From the NCBI GenBank assembly GCA_040389905.1, contig JAZJZK010000035.1:1-35956 (forward strand): DNA of 35,956 nucleotides. The letters run 5' to 3'. The first letter of the stretch is position 1, and every line of letters begins with the position of its first letter. This DNA comes from Gemmatimonadota bacterium (lineage in GTDB: Bacteria > Gemmatimonadota > Gemmatimonadetes > Gemmatimonadales > Gemmatimonadaceae). A model generated the notes under the pieces. That model was not told where the DNA came from, did not search any database, and worked only from the letters and a program-made list of their open reading frames with translations. Positions 34,929 to 35,956 of the stretch are shown one piece after another. A program made the position numbers and the translations under genes.

Positions 34929-35956
34929 ATGGCACAACTCGATCGGTTTCTTGCCGTCATGGTTTCCCAGAACGCCACCGCCCTTCGGCTCGACGAAGGG
35001 GAGCTCGCGGAGCTCGAGATCGGAGGCGCGCCACGACCCGTCACCAAGACGGCGTTGACGGGTCCGCAGGTGCTCACGCTGCTGCGCGAGATTGCGCCGG
35101 CGAGTGCCGCGGCGTCGCTGGACATGCTCCAGACAGCCTTCTTCGCATACACGTCGCAGGACGGCGCGTTTGCCGTCGACGCAAAGCACGATGGCGTGAA
35201 ATGGCGCGCCCGCATCACACTCGACGAGAAGCGCGAGCGACAGCGGCTCACCGGGCACTTTCGCGCGGCCGAGCTGCCACCAGAGGATGAACCAGCGCCG
35301 GCACCGGCTCCCGCACCGGCCGCCGCCATGCCGCCGGCCCCGCCGGCACACGCTGCTGCGCCTGCCGGCGGCCGAGCCGGCGTCGGCGCGGCGGGCGACG
35401 CGATCTCGAGTTTCGCGGGCAGTGAGCGCGCACGCGCCACGTTGGACACCCTCCTCCGCACGATGGTGCAGAAGGGCGCGTCCGACCTGCACCTCCGGTG
35501 CGGGGAGCCGCCCATCCTCCGCTTGCACGGCGAGATGGCGCGCATGGACCAGGCGGCGCTCGAACCGGAGGAGACGGACTCGATGATCCGGTCGATCATG
35601 CCGGAGCGCAACCGGCAGGAGTTCACCGAGACCAACGACACCGACTACGCGTACGAGATCCCCGGCGTCGCGCGCTTCCGCGCCAACGCCGCGAAAGATC
35701 GCCGAGGGCCCACGGCGGTCTTCCGCCAGATTCCCGCGACCGTCGTCACGGTCGAGCAGATGGGGATCACGCCGGAAGTGCAGCGCCTCTGCCAGCTCAA
35801 CAAGGGGCTCGTGCTCGTCACAGGTCCGACAGGGTCGGGGAAATCCACGACGCTCTGCTCGTTGATCGACCTCGTCAACCGCTCGCGCACGGACCATGTG
35901 ATCACGATCGAGGATCCGATCGAGTTCGTGCACCCGAACAAGAAGTGCATCATCAC
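34929..35956 (+). CDS. pilT: PilT/PilU-family type IV pilus ATPase with an extra N-terminal domain; runs off the window end
   Basis: Translated by hand because it is absent from the ORF track: MAQLDRFL...GASDLHLRCGEPPILRLHGE...RFRAN...FRQIP...GLVLVTGPTGSGKSTTL...HVITIEDPIEF. Confidence 0.88.
   Translation, partial: MAQLDRFLAVMVSQNATALRLDEGELAELEIGGAPRPVTKTALTGPQVLTLLREIAPASAAASLDMLQTAFFAYTSQDGAFAVDAKHDGVKWRARITLDEKRERQRLTGHFRAAELPPEDEPAPAPAPAPAAAMPPAPPAHAAAPAGGRAGVGAAGDAISSFAGSERARATLDTLLRTMVQKGASDLHLRCGEPPILRLHGEMARMDQAALEPEETDSMIRSIMPERNRQEFTETNDTDYAYEIPGVARFRANAAKDRRGPTAVFRQIPATVVTVEQMGITPEVQRLCQLNKGLVLVTGPTGSGKSTTLCSLIDLVNRSRTDHVITIEDPIEFVHPNKKCII

Noticed and set aside
34656..35933. 425-aa minus-strand ORF
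   Set aside because: Antisense to the PilT-type gene, which has clear Walker A and family motifs

Overview
High-GC bacterial chromosomal window. Gene content and order suggest Gemmatimonadota, which is my inference and has not been checked by search. It holds about 29 CDSs, mostly housekeeping: a PadR regulator with a duplicated-MacB/FtsX orphan permease; an HI0933-type flavoprotein; a soluble acyl-ACP desaturase; yaeQ; nfo; a long minus-strand run (lepA, GT9 heptosyltransferase, ROK kinase, PfkB kinase, STAS-GHKL kinase, STAS-wHTH protein, stand-alone double-psi barrel, Cys/Met PLP enzyme, AI-2E transporter, ftsE, ftsX, envC); then DUF58, BatA/vWA, mfd, three parvulin PPIases, pdxA, a CorC/HlyC-family gene and a truncated PilT-type ATPase. 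I see no rRNA, tRNA, CRISPR array, transposase or phage genes. Three signals stand out. (1) A translationally coupled pair, a GHKL Ser-kinase-like protein and a STAS-like/winged-HTH protein, has no sigma factor, phosphatase or receiver nearby and is embedded in a sugar-kinase to ftsEX-envC operon. (2) A 196-nt structured intergenic element is present twice, 15 kb apart, with pairing conserved despite sequence divergence. (3) Almost every large intergenic gap holds an inverted-repeat element built from 6-, 7- or 9-nt periodic units.
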